A stretch of 64,000 bases of DNA from Planctomycetota bacterium (GTDB taxonomy: Bacteria > Planctomycetota > B15-G4): contig CBDFJQ010000002.1 of NCBI GenBank assembly GCA_965248575.1, positions 2,784,001 to 2,848,000 on the forward strand, written 5' to 3'. Made by a program: the position numbers and the translations under genes. The notes under the pieces are model-generated. The model searched no databases. It worked only from the letters and a program-made list of their open reading frames with translations, and was not told the origin of the DNA. Shown piece by piece: positions 54,681 through 64,000 of the stretch (positions are counted from its first letter, which is position 1; the number at the start of each line of letters is the position of its first letter).

Positions 54681-56366
54681 ATGAAGACCCTCACAGCCCG
54701 TTGGCTCATCACCACGGCCGTCCTCTGCCTGCTGGTCCTGGCCGGCATCGTGATCGCCACGGATGACACCTACACATCCGAGAAGAAGCAGAAGAAAGTG
54801 TACGGCGGCGCCAAGCTTCTGCGGGTCCAGGCGGGGCGCTCCAACGCCCTGCTGAAGTTCGACCTCTCCTACCTGCCCGACGCCACGACGGGTGCCGACG
54901 TGGGCCGCGCGCTGCTGCGACTGCACGTGCGCAAGGTGCGCAAGCCGGGCACCGTCGACGTGCGACAGCTCGACGGCCCGTGGTCCGAAGAAACGGTGAA
55001 CGGCCTGACGGCACCGGCTCTGGGCCTGGTCGTCATCGATGACTACGCCTTCGACAAGACGCACCAACTCGGTTACGTGAACCTCGACGTGACGGACCTG
55101 GTCCGGAACTGGATCGACGGCCTCGTGCCCAACAACGGCCTGGCCATCGTGCCCAACGGAGACGTGCGTCTGGACTTCACGAGCAAGGAGTCGAAGCGCT
55201 CCGGCGCGCCGGACCTCGACATCGTGCTCACGGGCGGCGGCGACCCCGGTGCCACCGGTCCCGCAGGTGTTCCAGGACCCACCGGTCCAGCAGGACCTCC
55301 CGGTGCGCAGGGTCCGACCGGCGCGCAGGGAACTCCTGGAAGCGTGGGACCGCAGGGTCCCCAGGGCTTGCAGGGACCCCAGGGTCCCGAAGGCCCCCAA
55401 GGTCTCGTAGGTCAGCAGGGAGCGACTGGCCCCGGCGGTGCGCAAGGCGCGGCTGGACAAGACGGATCGCCCGGCGTCATGGGACCGACAGGCCCCAGCG
55501 GCCCAGCAGGTCCCACTGGTACTGCGGGCAACGCTGGCCTGGACGGAGCGAACGGCGACTCAGGTCCCATGGGCCCCATGGGGCCAATGGGTCCCGAAGG
55601 CCCGATGGGTCCCACCGGAACCTCGGGCTCAGTAGGCTCCATCGGCCCGCAAGGACCGGAGGGGCCGCAGGGAGTTCCCGGCGTTGCGGGGATTCAGGGG
55701 CCCTCCGGCCAAGACGGTGCTCAGGGCCCTGCGGGTTCCACGGGCCTGACCGGCCCCGCTGGTGACTCCGGCGCGGCTGGTGCCCAGGGTCCCACCGGCC
55801 CCGCGGGCCCAGTTGGCTCGCAAGGTGGTCTCGGCCCCATAGGACCCCAAGGAGCCCAAGGCCCCCAGGGATCGACGGGACTCCAGGGCGCTCAAGGTGT
55901 GCCGGGAGCCACCGGACCAACCGGCCCCATGGGTCTGCCGGGCCTGCTCATCGAGGCCTCCATGGTGCAGGACGTTGTGGTCACCAGCACCACCAGCACG
56001 AACTTCATCGACATGCCGGGCACCAGCAACTCGCCCGGCGCCGGTCGCTACGTGGTGATGCTCTCCGCCCAGGTCAACTCGTCCAACGGGCAGCCCGACT
56101 CCAACTGCCCCAACGCTGACAACGGCGGCGGAAACAACAAGAAGCACAGCCATGACCACGTGGCGATGGGTCTCTTCGTGGATGGGGACCCCATCCCCGG
56201 CACGGAGCGCAGCTTCTATGTGAAGAAGCATCACTTCGGCACTGCCTTCACCCAGACGATCGTCACCTTGACCGAGGGCCAGACCCTCTCGGGACGCTGG
56301 AAGACCCTCGACGGCGCCGTCAAGGAGCTGCACGAACGCTCCCTGATCGTCATGAAGGTCGACTAG
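54681..56366 (+). CDS. Secreted collagen-like protein with N-terminal DNRLRE/CBM96-like domain
   Basis: Signal peptide; LLKFDLS..A.LRL..WSE..V..DVT.LV.NW..NNGL..F.SKE..P.L pattern; Gly-X-Y block; C-terminal beta domain. Confidence 0.85.
   Translation: MKTLTARWLITTAVLCLLVLAGIVIATDDTYTSEKKQKKVYGGAKLLRVQAGRSNALLKFDLSYLPDATTGADVGRALLRLHVRKVRKPGTVDVRQLDGPWSEETVNGLTAPALGLVVIDDYAFDKTHQLGYVNLDVTDLVRNWIDGLVPNNGLAIVPNGDVRLDFTSKESKRSGAPDLDIVLTGGGDPGATGPAGVPGPTGPAGPPGAQGPTGAQGTPGSVGPQGPQGLQGPQGPEGPQGLVGQQGATGPGGAQGAAGQDGSPGVMGPTGPSGPAGPTGTAGNAGLDGANGDSGPMGPMGPMGPEGPMGPTGTSGSVGSIGPQGPEGPQGVPGVAGIQGPSGQDGAQGPAGSTGLTGPAGDSGAAGAQGPTGPAGPVGSQGGLGPIGPQGAQGPQGSTGLQGAQGVPGATGPTGPMGLPGLLIEASMVQDVVVTSTTSTNFIDMPGTSNSPGAGRYVVMLSAQVNSSNGQPDSNCPNADNGGGNNKKHSHDHVAMGLFVDGDPIPGTERSFYVKKHHFGTAFTQTIVTLTEGQTLSGRWKTLDGAVKELHERSLIVMKVD
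55239..55949 (+). repeat. Collagen Gly-X-Y coding repeat, 79 uninterrupted triplets
   Basis: GDP GAT GPA ... GLP GLL, 711 nt. Confidence 0.9.
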
Positions 56367-56390
56367 GCGGCAGCCCTGCGCTGATCCCCA

Positions 56391-56417
56391 GCCGCGGAGC
56401 CTGATACGCTCCGCGGC
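56391..56417. promoter_or_regulatory. Perfect 10-bp inverted repeat overlapping an extended -10-like element just before an ATG
   Basis: GCCGCGGAGC-ctgatac-GCTCCGCGGC; TG-A-TACGCT at 56402-56410; ATG at 56419. Confidence 0.5.
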
Positions 56418-56418
56418 C

Positions 56419-59400
56419 ATGGATCCAAACCACGGCGGTACCCCCATCCAGTCCTGCCCGGCGATTCGTCGTCGGGGAGCCAGCTTCGGACTCCTGCTGC
56501 TGACGGCGCTTGCGGTCGTCTTGGTCAGCCTGGCGCCGCTCGCCAACGGCCAGGACCCAAGCGGCAGCGCTCAGCAGGACGGCGAACCAATCCGAGCGAG
56601 TGGCGTCCTGCCCACGGATGGCGCCACGCTCTTCGCCAGCTTGTGCGCGCGCTGCCATGGGCTCAGCGGTGACGGACAGGGGGCCGAAGTGCTGGAGCGC
56701 CCCGCACGCGACTTCACCGCCGGCGGCTTCTCCTTCGGCAACACCGAGGAGGCTCTGGCGCGCACCATCAGGCACGGCATCCCCGGCTCGCCCATGCCGT
56801 CGTTTGGTGAGGCGCTGCCCCCGGAGTCCATTGCCGCGCTCGCCGCGCACGTGCGAACCCTCACGCCGCTCGCGGAAGAGGCCACCGACCTGGAGACGCG
56901 CCTCATGGTGCGCGAGCACCCGGTCGTCGTACGCGGTGGCCTGCCCCCCATCGCAGCCGATGCTCCAGCCCATCCCCGGGGCCTGCTGCTCGGCCTCCCG
57001 GGTGGGCTCAGTTTTGAGTACCGGGTCAACGACCTGGCCCTGCTGGGCGTGCGCGTGGGCGAGTTCGCCCGGCGCACCGACTGGACGGGCCGCGGCGGCA
57101 GCTCACTGGAACCCCTGGGCCAACTCATGTGGCTCAACGAGCGCGGCGAACCCGGGCCGGCCATGACCGCCGAAAGCGGAGCGCGAGCCAGCATCCCTCT
57201 CACGGCTCAACTGCGCAGCACCCACACACCAAAGACAGGCGCTCGCATCCACTGGGATGCGCTCAAGGCTGACGGCAGCGTGGCGGGCTCCGTCGAAGAG
57301 CAGGTGTTCGCTCTCAGCACGCCGCTCGGTTCGGGCTTTGGCCGGCGCCTCACGGTCAGCACGCGTACCAACGGGGCGATGGTCCTGCACCATGGCGTGA
57401 GTGCTGGCGAACAGCAGGCAACCGCTCCCCTCGGAAGCCGGCTCGTGCTGCGTGAAGATGGCAGCTATGAGTTCACCGCCGCGCTGATCGAGAACGGACG
57501 CGCAGTGTTCGTGGGCGAACGCGAAGGCATCGCCTTGATGGTCCCGGACGCGACCGACGCCCTGGACGTGACCTTCGTCACGCTGTTCATGAGCGAGTGG
57601 ACGCCTCCCGAGACAGGCAGCCTGCACGAGCTGCTCAGTGAGGCCGTGATGGAGGCCACCGCGCCGCGGGACACGGTGGCTGCTGCAACCCCTGACGGAT
57701 CAGTCCAGCAGGCGGCCCACAACACAGGCAGCCAGGCCCGCAAAGCCCTCGACGATTCGCTTGCGGCGGACACGGACATCACCCGCGCCGAGGCGGAGCA
57801 CTGGCGTGTGGAGGGCCTGCTCCCGCCCGCCGGTGCCGTGCTGGAGGTCGGTGGCATGGACTGGATGCCCGACGGCCGTCTCGCCGTGAGCACCCGCCGC
57901 GGCCAGATCTGGATGGTAGAGAACGCCCTCGCCGAGGACCCTGCCGACGCGCACTTCAGCCTCTATGCCGAGGGCCTGCAGGAAGGCCTGGGCTTGAACG
58001 TGCTCGAGGTTCCGGACGGCATGGGCGGCACGCGCCACGCCCTCTACGTGCTGCAACGCGGGGAGCTCAGCGAGCTGCGGGACGAGGACGGCGACGGCCG
58101 CGCCGAGAGCTGGTTGCGTGTCGCCGACGGTTGGGGCCTCTCAGGCAACTATCACGAGTTTGCGTTCGGCCTCCCGGACGACGGCCAGGGCCACGTGTTC
58201 ATCTCCCTCAACGTGGGCTTCCTCGACCCCGAGTGGTGGCTGGGGCAGAGCGCCGTGCCCTGGCGCGGCTGGGTCCTGCGCATCGACCCCGTGACCGGCG
58301 AGACCATCCCCTGGGCCAGCGGCTTCCGCAGCCCCTGTGGCTTGGGCATCGACAGCGAAGGGCGCTTGCTGCTCACGGACAACCAGGGCGACTGGATGGC
58401 TTCGACGCCCGTCTACTCCGTGCAGCGCGACGGCTTCCACGGGCACCCGGCTTCTTTGAACTGGACGCCCGACTACCGCGAGCACGGGCTCCGGGCCAGC
58501 CTCGAAGAGCCGCCCGAGGCGACGCGCACGCCGCCCGCCCTGTGGGTGCCCTACGAATGGTCGCGCTCGGCGGGCAACCTGGTGCCGCTCCCCGCCGCCG
58601 GCGCCTTCGGGCCATTCACGGACCAACTCGTCATGGCTGAACTCACCAATGGCCACCTGATGCGCGTGCAGCTGGAGGAGGTGGGCGGCGTCACCCAAGG
58701 TGCCGTCATCCCGCTTCGTCAGCGCCTGGGCTCCGTCGTACGCACACTCTTCGCACCCGACGGCAGCACCCTCATCGCCGGCCTCACGAACCGTGGCTGG
58801 GGTGGCCTCGCCCCCGACAACGGTCTGTTGCGGGTGCGATCCACGGGCGTGCCTCCCATGGAGATGGACCGGGTGCACCTGGTACCGGGCGGCTTCGAGA
58901 TCACGTTCACCGAGCCGGTGGCACTGAGCGTTGCCGTCGACGCACCCGAAACCCTCGCCACGATCCAGCAGTATGACTACGACTACTGGTGGGAGTACGG
59001 CTCGCCGGAGCGGCACCAGACCGATGTGCTCGTGAGCACCGCCCGTTTCTCCGAGGACCGCCGCACCCTCAGCATCGAGGTGCCGGAGCTGCGGGCGGCC
59101 ATGGTGGCCCGCATCGCCTTGCACGGGATCGTCGGCGACAGCGGCAGGCCCCTCTTGCATGACGAAGTGGCCTACACCGTGAACCAGCTAGCGGACGGCT
59201 CCCACACCGAAGATCAGGTCAGCAAGGCCGTTCCCCCACCGCCGCGCAAGCAGTCGGGCAAGGAGGGCTGGTTGCGCCTCAGCTATGGCGACGCGCTGGA
59301 CGCCTGGGACAGCAGCGGTTGGTCCCTGGTGGATGCCGTGCTCGACCCCGATGACCGCAGCCGCCTGCTGGTCACCCCGGGCGTCAACGCGCTGGTGAAC

Positions 59401-60468
59401 GTGGAGCGCGGCCCCGCCAGCCATTTCACGAGCCGCTGGGACTTCGGCAGCGGCACCTACCACGTGGAGTTCATGCTGCCCGAGAAGTCGCACACGACAG
59501 TCTGGGTGCAGGGCCGCTACGGCATCGCCCTGTCCGACGACACGCACGGCCTGGAGCAGGGGGCCTCGCCCACGGGCAGCTTGCTTCCCTCCCTCGATCA
59601 ACAGACACCTGCACGGCCGCCGCTCAGCGACACCTACACCGGTGCCGGCCACTGGCATGTGCTGGAGATCGACTTCGAGGCCCCGCAGTTCGAGGCAACA
59701 GGACCAGATGGCTCCACCACCAAGACCAGCAACGCGCGCTTCCGACAGGTGCGCATCGACGGCACGGTGATCCATGAAGACGTGGAGTTCGAGATGCCCT
59801 CGCTGATCGGCCTCACGGGCGAAGTGCCCTTCGGCCCCCTGGTCATCAACGGCCAGCCCGGACCCGTCTCCCTGCGCACCCTGGAATTCAGGCCCGAGCA
59901 CCCGCGCCCGGACTTCAGCACCTGGCCCAACCTGCTGAGCTCAGGGGACCTGAGCGGCTGGACCCTCACCCCTGGCGACACGCCCCCGGATCACGAAGAC
60001 CAAGAGGACTGGGTCGTGGAAGAAGGCGAGCTCATCGGCGAAGGCGTCGCCGGTTGGATCCTCAGCCCCCGGGGCGACTACCGCGACCTCTCGGTGCACG
60101 CCCAGGTCCGCATCAACGACGGCGGCGACGCGGGGCTCCTGCTGCGCGCGAGCGCCGACGAGAATGGCCGGGTGTCTGGATACGAGGCGCAGATCAACAC
60201 GTCCTTCTCGGACCCTTCCCGCACGGGCGGTGTGCACGGGCTCGACCTGGTGAAGGTGCAGCTCGTTCCCGCCGGAACCTGGTTCGACCTGGACGTGAGC
60301 GTGCGGGACGAAGCGGACGGCACCCGGGTGCGGGTGGCGGTCAACGGTGTGGAAACAGCCAACCTCCTCGACCGTGAGCGGAGGTATTCGACGGGTTCCA
60401 TCGCCGTGCAGCAGCACCATGAGGGAGGCGTTGTGCAGCTGCGCGAACTGCGGGTGGACGCGCACTAG
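56419..60468 (+). CDS. Large exported multidomain protein: cytochrome c, sugar-dehydrogenase-like beta-propeller, two DUF1080 domains
   Basis: CARCHG and GSPMP heme c motifs; SGNYHEFAFG, GFRSP.G and TDNQGDW propeller motifs; GYEAQI, TGG and QHH motifs in the C-terminal domains. Confidence 0.8.
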   Translation: MDPNHGGTPIQSCPAIRRRGASFGLLLLTALAVVLVSLAPLANGQDPSGSAQQDGEPIRASGVLPTDGATLFASLCARCHGLSGDGQGAEVLERPARDFTAGGFSFGNTEEALARTIRHGIPGSPMPSFGEALPPESIAALAAHVRTLTPLAEEATDLETRLMVREHPVVVRGGLPPIAADAPAHPRGLLLGLPGGLSFEYRVNDLALLGVRVGEFARRTDWTGRGGSSLEPLGQLMWLNERGEPGPAMTAESGARASIPLTAQLRSTHTPKTGARIHWDALKADGSVAGSVEEQVFALSTPLGSGFGRRLTVSTRTNGAMVLHHGVSAGEQQATAPLGSRLVLREDGSYEFTAALIENGRAVFVGEREGIALMVPDATDALDVTFVTLFMSEWTPPETGSLHELLSEAVMEATAPRDTVAAATPDGSVQQAAHNTGSQARKALDDSLAADTDITRAEAEHWRVEGLLPPAGAVLEVGGMDWMPDGRLAVSTRRGQIWMVENALAEDPADAHFSLYAEGLQEGLGLNVLEVPDGMGGTRHALYVLQRGELSELRDEDGDGRAESWLRVADGWGLSGNYHEFAFGLPDDGQGHVFISLNVGFLDPEWWLGQSAVPWRGWVLRIDPVTGETIPWASGFRSPCGLGIDSEGRLLLTDNQGDWMASTPVYSVQRDGFHGHPASLNWTPDYREHGLRASLEEPPEATRTPPALWVPYEWSRSAGNLVPLPAAGAFGPFTDQLVMAELTNGHLMRVQLEEVGGVTQGAVIPLRQRLGSVVRTLFAPDGSTLIAGLTNRGWGGLAPDNGLLRVRSTGVPPMEMDRVHLVPGGFEITFTEPVALSVAVDAPETLATIQQYDYDYWWEYGSPERHQTDVLVSTARFSEDRRTLSIEVPELRAAMVARIALHGIVGDSGRPLLHDEVAYTVNQLADGSHTEDQVSKAVPPPPRKQSGKEGWLRLSYGDALDAWDSSGWSLVDAVLDPDDRSRLLVTPGVNALVNVERGPASHFTSRWDFGSGTYHVEFMLPEKSHTTVWVQGRYGIALSDDTHGLEQGASPTGSLLPSLDQQTPARPPLSDTYTGAGHWHVLEIDFEAPQFEATGPDGSTTKTSNARFRQVRIDGTVIHEDVEFEMPSLIGLTGEVPFGPLVINGQPGPVSLRTLEFRPEHPRPDFSTWPNLLSSGDLSGWTLTPGDTPPDHEDQEDWVVEEGELIGEGVAGWILSPRGDYRDLSVHAQVRINDGGDAGLLLRASADENGRVSGYEAQINTSFSDPSRTGGVHGLDLVKVQLVPAGTWFDLDVSVRDEADGTRVRVAVNGVETANLLDRERRYSTGSIAVQQHHEGGVVQLRELRVDAH

Positions 60469-60546
60469 GGGCTGGGTGCTTCACTCGCCTGGGAGCCTTG
60501 GTTGCGGGCGGGGGCTCACGCGCGCCTCGGCGAAGGGCCAGCACAC

Positions 60547-60903
60547 TCACGACTTCAGGGCAGACTCGGCCTTCTCTAGGAGTGCTTGCACCCACTGCCG
60601 GACGGTTTCGTAGAGCTGGTCCAGTTCCGGGATGGTTTCGGGTGAGATGGGGTTGCCGTCTTCGCACGTGTGTTCGGCTTGCTCGAGTGCATCGCCGAAG
60701 GCTCGGGCACCGACGATGCGGCTGTTGGTCTTGAAGGCGTGGCAGACCTTGGAGAAGGCTAGGGGGTCGGTCTCCTTTCGCAGGGTCTCCATGCGCTGAG
60801 CGCTGCTCGTGAGGAAGGACGTGCACAGGGCGACTAGCAGTTCGTTGCCTCCCGCGCTGCGGAGCTCGTCGATCTGGGTCTGGTCGAAGCCCAACGGGTT
60901 CAT
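60547..60903 (-). CDS. Stand-alone Hpt (histidine phosphotransfer) domain protein
   Basis: Helical 118 aa; CHAFKTNSRIVGA matches HxLKGSSxxxGA. Confidence 0.75.
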   Translation of the reverse strand: MNPLGFDQTQIDELRSAGGNELLVALCTSFLTSSAQRMETLRKETDPLAFSKVCHAFKTNSRIVGARAFGDALEQAEHTCEDGNPISPETIPELDQLYETVRQWVQALLEKAESALKS

Positions 60904-60943
60904 GGATCGCTCGCTCCTGTGGTGCCGTGGCTCGGCGCCCGCA

Positions 60944-62059
60944 CTAGCGCCCGTCCCGAACGCTTTGCTGGCGGCGCTCGACGAAGCTCTCTGCGGCCAG
61001 GAAGTCGGCCCAGGCCTGGGCGATGTGCCGCGCTCCCTCGTCGCTGACGTGGACGTCGTTGGTGAACAACGTGCGCTGCTGGGGGATGGCGCCGTCGATG
61101 TCTGCCACAGGCACCCCTTGCTCCGAGCCCACCTTGGCCAGGATCTCCGCCGCATAGGCCATGCCCTTCAGGTCCACCGGGCGATCCAGGTCCTCCCGGA
61201 ACCAGGCCTGCTGGCCAAAGGCGATCTCCACGCCGTTGGTGCGGCACAGCGCCACCATGTGCTCGAGGTTGCGCCGGAAGTAGTCGAGCCCCTCCAGCTG
61301 CGGGTTGTCCCAGAGGGGCTCCACCACACCGAAGCCCTTGGTCACCCAACTGCCCAACTCCTCCTGCTCGAGGTAGTCGGTGAAGGCGCCGCGCAAGACG
61401 AGGAACAACCGGCTGTTCTCCAGCGCCGTCGTCAGACTGCTCTGCTTGTAGACGGGCCACACTGCGCGCCAGTGGGAGTTGTCCGGCTGGATACCCGGCC
61501 AGCGCCACAAGCGCACATCGTTGATGGAGTGGTAGACGAGAACCATGTCCGGCTGCAAATCGATGAGCCGGATGGCGAGGTTGATCAGGCTTTCATAAGT
61601 GCTGTAGCCGCTGGCCCCCGCGTTGATCACCTCGATCGACACGTTCGGGTGCGCCTTGTCCAACATCTCGGCCAGCTGCATGGGCCAGGTGGTGCTGTTC
61701 GAAGAGGGCCCATGGCCGTAGGTGCTGCTGCCCCCCACGCAGACGATGCGCAAGCTGCCGGGGCGCTTCTCGCGCTGGATCTCCGGGCCGCGGAAACCCA
61801 ACGCGTTGTGGCTCGCCGCGTGCTCGCCGCCCTCCACCGACCAGCCTTTGCGGGGCACATAGGCCAAGTAGGGGTGGGCCTCGTAGCGTGAGTCCGAGAA
61901 GTCGAGCAGCAGGCGCTCGGGGTCGAAGGCGTCCAGCGGCAGCGCGCGCGTGATGACCTCCCCCAGGAGCAGCACGCCCAACAGGGACATCACGACCAGC
62001 GCGCTCCGACTTCTGCGCGCTCGGGACGTCGCGGGCGTACGAGGTTCGGAGTCACTCAT
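60944..62059 (-). CDS. Membrane-anchored SGNH/GDSL hydrolase-fold protein
   Basis: TM ending GE; HPYL, NALGFRG, VGGSSTYG, INAG..GY, IND and DVH motifs. Confidence 0.82.
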   Translation of the reverse strand: MSDSEPRTPATSRARRSRSALVVMSLLGVLLLGEVITRALPLDAFDPERLLLDFSDSRYEAHPYLAYVPRKGWSVEGGEHAASHNALGFRGPEIQREKRPGSLRIVCVGGSSTYGHGPSSNSTTWPMQLAEMLDKAHPNVSIEVINAGASGYSTYESLINLAIRLIDLQPDMVLVYHSINDVRLWRWPGIQPDNSHWRAVWPVYKQSSLTTALENSRLFLVLRGAFTDYLEQEELGSWVTKGFGVVEPLWDNPQLEGLDYFRRNLEHMVALCRTNGVEIAFGQQAWFREDLDRPVDLKGMAYAAEILAKVGSEQGVPVADIDGAIPQQRTLFTNDVHVSDEGARHIAQAWADFLAAESFVERRQQSVRDGR

Positions 62060-62237
62060 GGTGCGCAGATGCTACATCGCCCGGCGGCCCTTCGCCCCCG
62101 TTGAATGGACGTCCCACAAGGGATGCCTTAGCCTAGGCCGCTCAATGGCTGCTCGAGGACGCGCCTGCATGCTCTGAGTGGCGAGCCGGTCCGCGAACGA
62201 GCGAAAGCCGGGCGAGCCCCTTGCCAATGAGTCGCCC

Positions 62238-62438
62238 ATGCACGTGATCTTCGACTTCTTCATCGACCTGATCTTCGAACCACTGGTGATGGCCATGGGG
62301 AATCTGGTGCTCGGCTTCCTGGGGAAGAAGAAGCCCGGCGGGCCAGATCCAAGTGGCCTGCTGGTCGCCTTCACAGGCATTGCCACCTGGGCCCTGCTCG
62401 GGCTCTTGGTCGTCCTCTTCTTCCAGTTCCTCACCTGA
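62238..62438 (+). CDS. Small hypothetical membrane protein
   Basis: 66 aa, two hydrophobic segments, ends 9 nt before the next gene. Confidence 0.55.
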   Translation: MHVIFDFFIDLIFEPLVMAMGNLVLGFLGKKKPGGPDPSGLLVAFTGIATWALLGLLVVLFFQFLT

Positions 62439-62447
62439 CGCTTTCCC

Positions 62448-62696
62448 ATGCTCGAACTGCGCCCCAACTGCGAGTGCTGCGACAAGGACCTGCCCCCGGA
62501 GTCCGAGGACGCGCGGATCTGTTCCTTCGAATGCACGTTTTGCCGCGACTGTGTGGAGGGCGCCCTGCAAGGCGTCTGCCCTAACTGCGGCGGAGGCTTC
62601 GTGCCCCGGCCCCGTCGCCCGGCACGGCACCTGGCCGAGCACCCGGCATCCCTCAAGAGAGTCCACCGCCAAGGCGGTTGCCCGCCCCATGCCTGA
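62448..62696 (+). CDS. DUF1272 family Cys-rich protein
   Basis: MLELRPNCECCD.DLPP..ICSFECTFC..C..CPNCGG.F..RP.RP pattern. Confidence 0.9.
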   Translation: MLELRPNCECCDKDLPPESEDARICSFECTFCRDCVEGALQGVCPNCGGGFVPRPRRPARHLAEHPASLKRVHRQGGCPPHA

Positions 62697-63291
62697 CGGG
62701 ACGCCTGACGACTCGCTCGACGCGCGCATCCAACGCGCCGTGCGCGAGCTGATCAGCATCGAGCCGTACGACGAGACATACCCCGAGCGCTTCGCCGCCG
62801 AGAAGCAACACTTGCGGGACTGCCTCCCGGCAGAGCTCCTGGGCCGCATCGAACACTTTGGCAGCACGGCGGTGCCGGGCCTCGCTGCCAAACCCATCAT
62901 CGACATGCTCGTAGAAGTCACGAACCTCGAGCAGACCCGCCAACGCATCGCGCCGGTTCTCGAGCAGCAAGGCTACGACTACTTCTGGCGCCCGACTTTT
63001 GGCGACGATGTGCCGCCCTTCTACGCCTGGTTCATCAAGCGTGACCCTGACAGCGGGTTACGCACCCACCACATCCACATGCTGGAGAGCGACTTCCAGG
63101 AGCATTGGGATCGCTTGTTCTTCCGGGATGCCTTGCGCGTGCGGCCCGATTTGGCACGGGAGTACGAAAGGCTGAAGACGTCCTTGGCAGCCTGCTCGCC
63201 GAACGACCGGGTTGCCTACACCGAAGGCAAGACGGAGTTCATCCGGCGCGTGACACGTGAAGCGAAGGCCACGGCCGGCAGCGGTTACTGA
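62689..63291 (+). CDS. GrpB/UPF0157 nucleotidyltransferase-fold protein
   Basis: IEHFGSTAVPGLAAKPIID, HHIH, FRD.LR, Y..LK and YT.GK..FI motifs. Confidence 0.9.
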   Translation: MPDGTPDDSLDARIQRAVRELISIEPYDETYPERFAAEKQHLRDCLPAELLGRIEHFGSTAVPGLAAKPIIDMLVEVTNLEQTRQRIAPVLEQQGYDYFWRPTFGDDVPPFYAWFIKRDPDSGLRTHHIHMLESDFQEHWDRLFFRDALRVRPDLAREYERLKTSLAACSPNDRVAYTEGKTEFIRRVTREAKATAGSGY

Positions 63292-64000
63292 AACTTCGCC
63301 ATGAACCGCCGGTCGATGCGATCTTTCCAGCGCATGACCCAGAGGCCCGAAAAAGACACGCCCCACTTGGCACCCGCTGCCCGACCGTCGCCCAGGTTGA
63401 GCAACGCCAGGAAATCCTGCTGCGGTGTGTAGGACTGCAAGTCGTTGCGCCCCTCCACCAAGGCGCGCAGGTTGTGCGCCAAGACTGGCCCCATGCGCAC
63501 CGAGTAGACACCTGCCTTGGCGAGGTCTTCATGCCCCACGAGCTGCGCACAATCTCCGGCTGCAAGAAGCGCCGGATGCTGCACGTGCTGAAGAGTCTTG
63601 CCCACGGGAATCCAAGCGCGGGGCGAAAGGGATTCAGCCGGCTCTAGGTGCGAGGCGGCGCCCGTCACCCACAGCACGAGATCTGCGGCGAGGGTCTTCT
63701 GCTCACCGGCATCGGCCGGGCGACAGCTGTCTTCTGCATCGGCAGCCTCCTGCAGCCGGACCCCGGTCGCGGAGACCGCCCTGACCCACATCCCGCGCAA
63801 GACATCGACACCCCGTCGCCGGAGCTCCGCTTGAACCCGGCGCCGTAGGGCCGGCGCACTGCCGGGCAAGAGCATCGCGCTCGAACACACGAGACTGATG
63901 TGGGGCTCGGACCCGGCGGGTTGCCGTGCACGATGCTGGAGGCAGAGCGCCAGCTCCACACCCGCGGCCCCGCCGCCCACGATCACGATGCGCAGCGGAC
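63285..64000 (-). CDS. FAD-dependent pyridine nucleotide-disulfide oxidoreductase (family found N-terminal to SelD), 5' end beyond window
   Basis: IVGGGAAGVEL, AAGDCA, KAGVYSVR.GP.L..NL, Y.PQ..FL.L and WKDRIDRRFM motifs. Confidence 0.82.
   Translation of the reverse strand, partial: PLRIVIVGGGAAGVELALCLQHRARQPAGSEPHISLVCSSAMLLPGSAPALRRRVQAELRRRGVDVLRGMWVRAVSATGVRLQEAADAEDSCRPADAGEQKTLAADLVLWVTGAASHLEPAESLSPRAWIPVGKTLQHVQHPALLAAGDCAQLVGHEDLAKAGVYSVRMGPVLAHNLRALVEGRNDLQSYTPQQDFLALLNLGDGRAAGAKWGVSFSGLWVMRWKDRIDRRFMAKFQ

Noticed and set aside
55239..55949. CRISPR array or DNA tandem repeat
   Set aside because: The 9-nt periodicity is explained by Gly-X-Y coding; no repeat-spacer structure and no cas genes.

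Overview
High-GC, gene-dense bacterial chromosomal segment, probably from a planctomycete. That assignment is inferred from a TIGR02999-like ECF sigma paired with a Ser/Thr kinase, a cytochrome c/propeller/DUF1080 fusion, and many FG-GAP and sulfatase/sulfotransferase proteins. I support about 48 CDSs; no rRNA, tRNA, CRISPR array or transposase was visible. The window is dominated by cell-envelope modification enzymes, secreted repeat proteins, two ECF sigma signalling cassettes and redox/iron genes. Top observations: (1) a YtxJ/BrxC-like thioredoxin gene missed by the ORF track, with an in-frame TGA exactly at its active-site Cys (FKHSPV-TGA-PTS), a candidate SECIS hairpin, and translational coupling to frataxin cyaY, so a probable selenoprotein; (2) a Dlt/AlgI-like envelope acylation operon (MBOAT, ACP, VOC protein, sulfotransferase, adenylating enzyme with an unexplained C-terminal domain, plus a convergent SGNH protein); (3) an ECF sigma / anti-sigma / membrane-anchored CHAT (caspase-like) protease triad. 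All family calls are by-eye motif recognition; no database searches were run.
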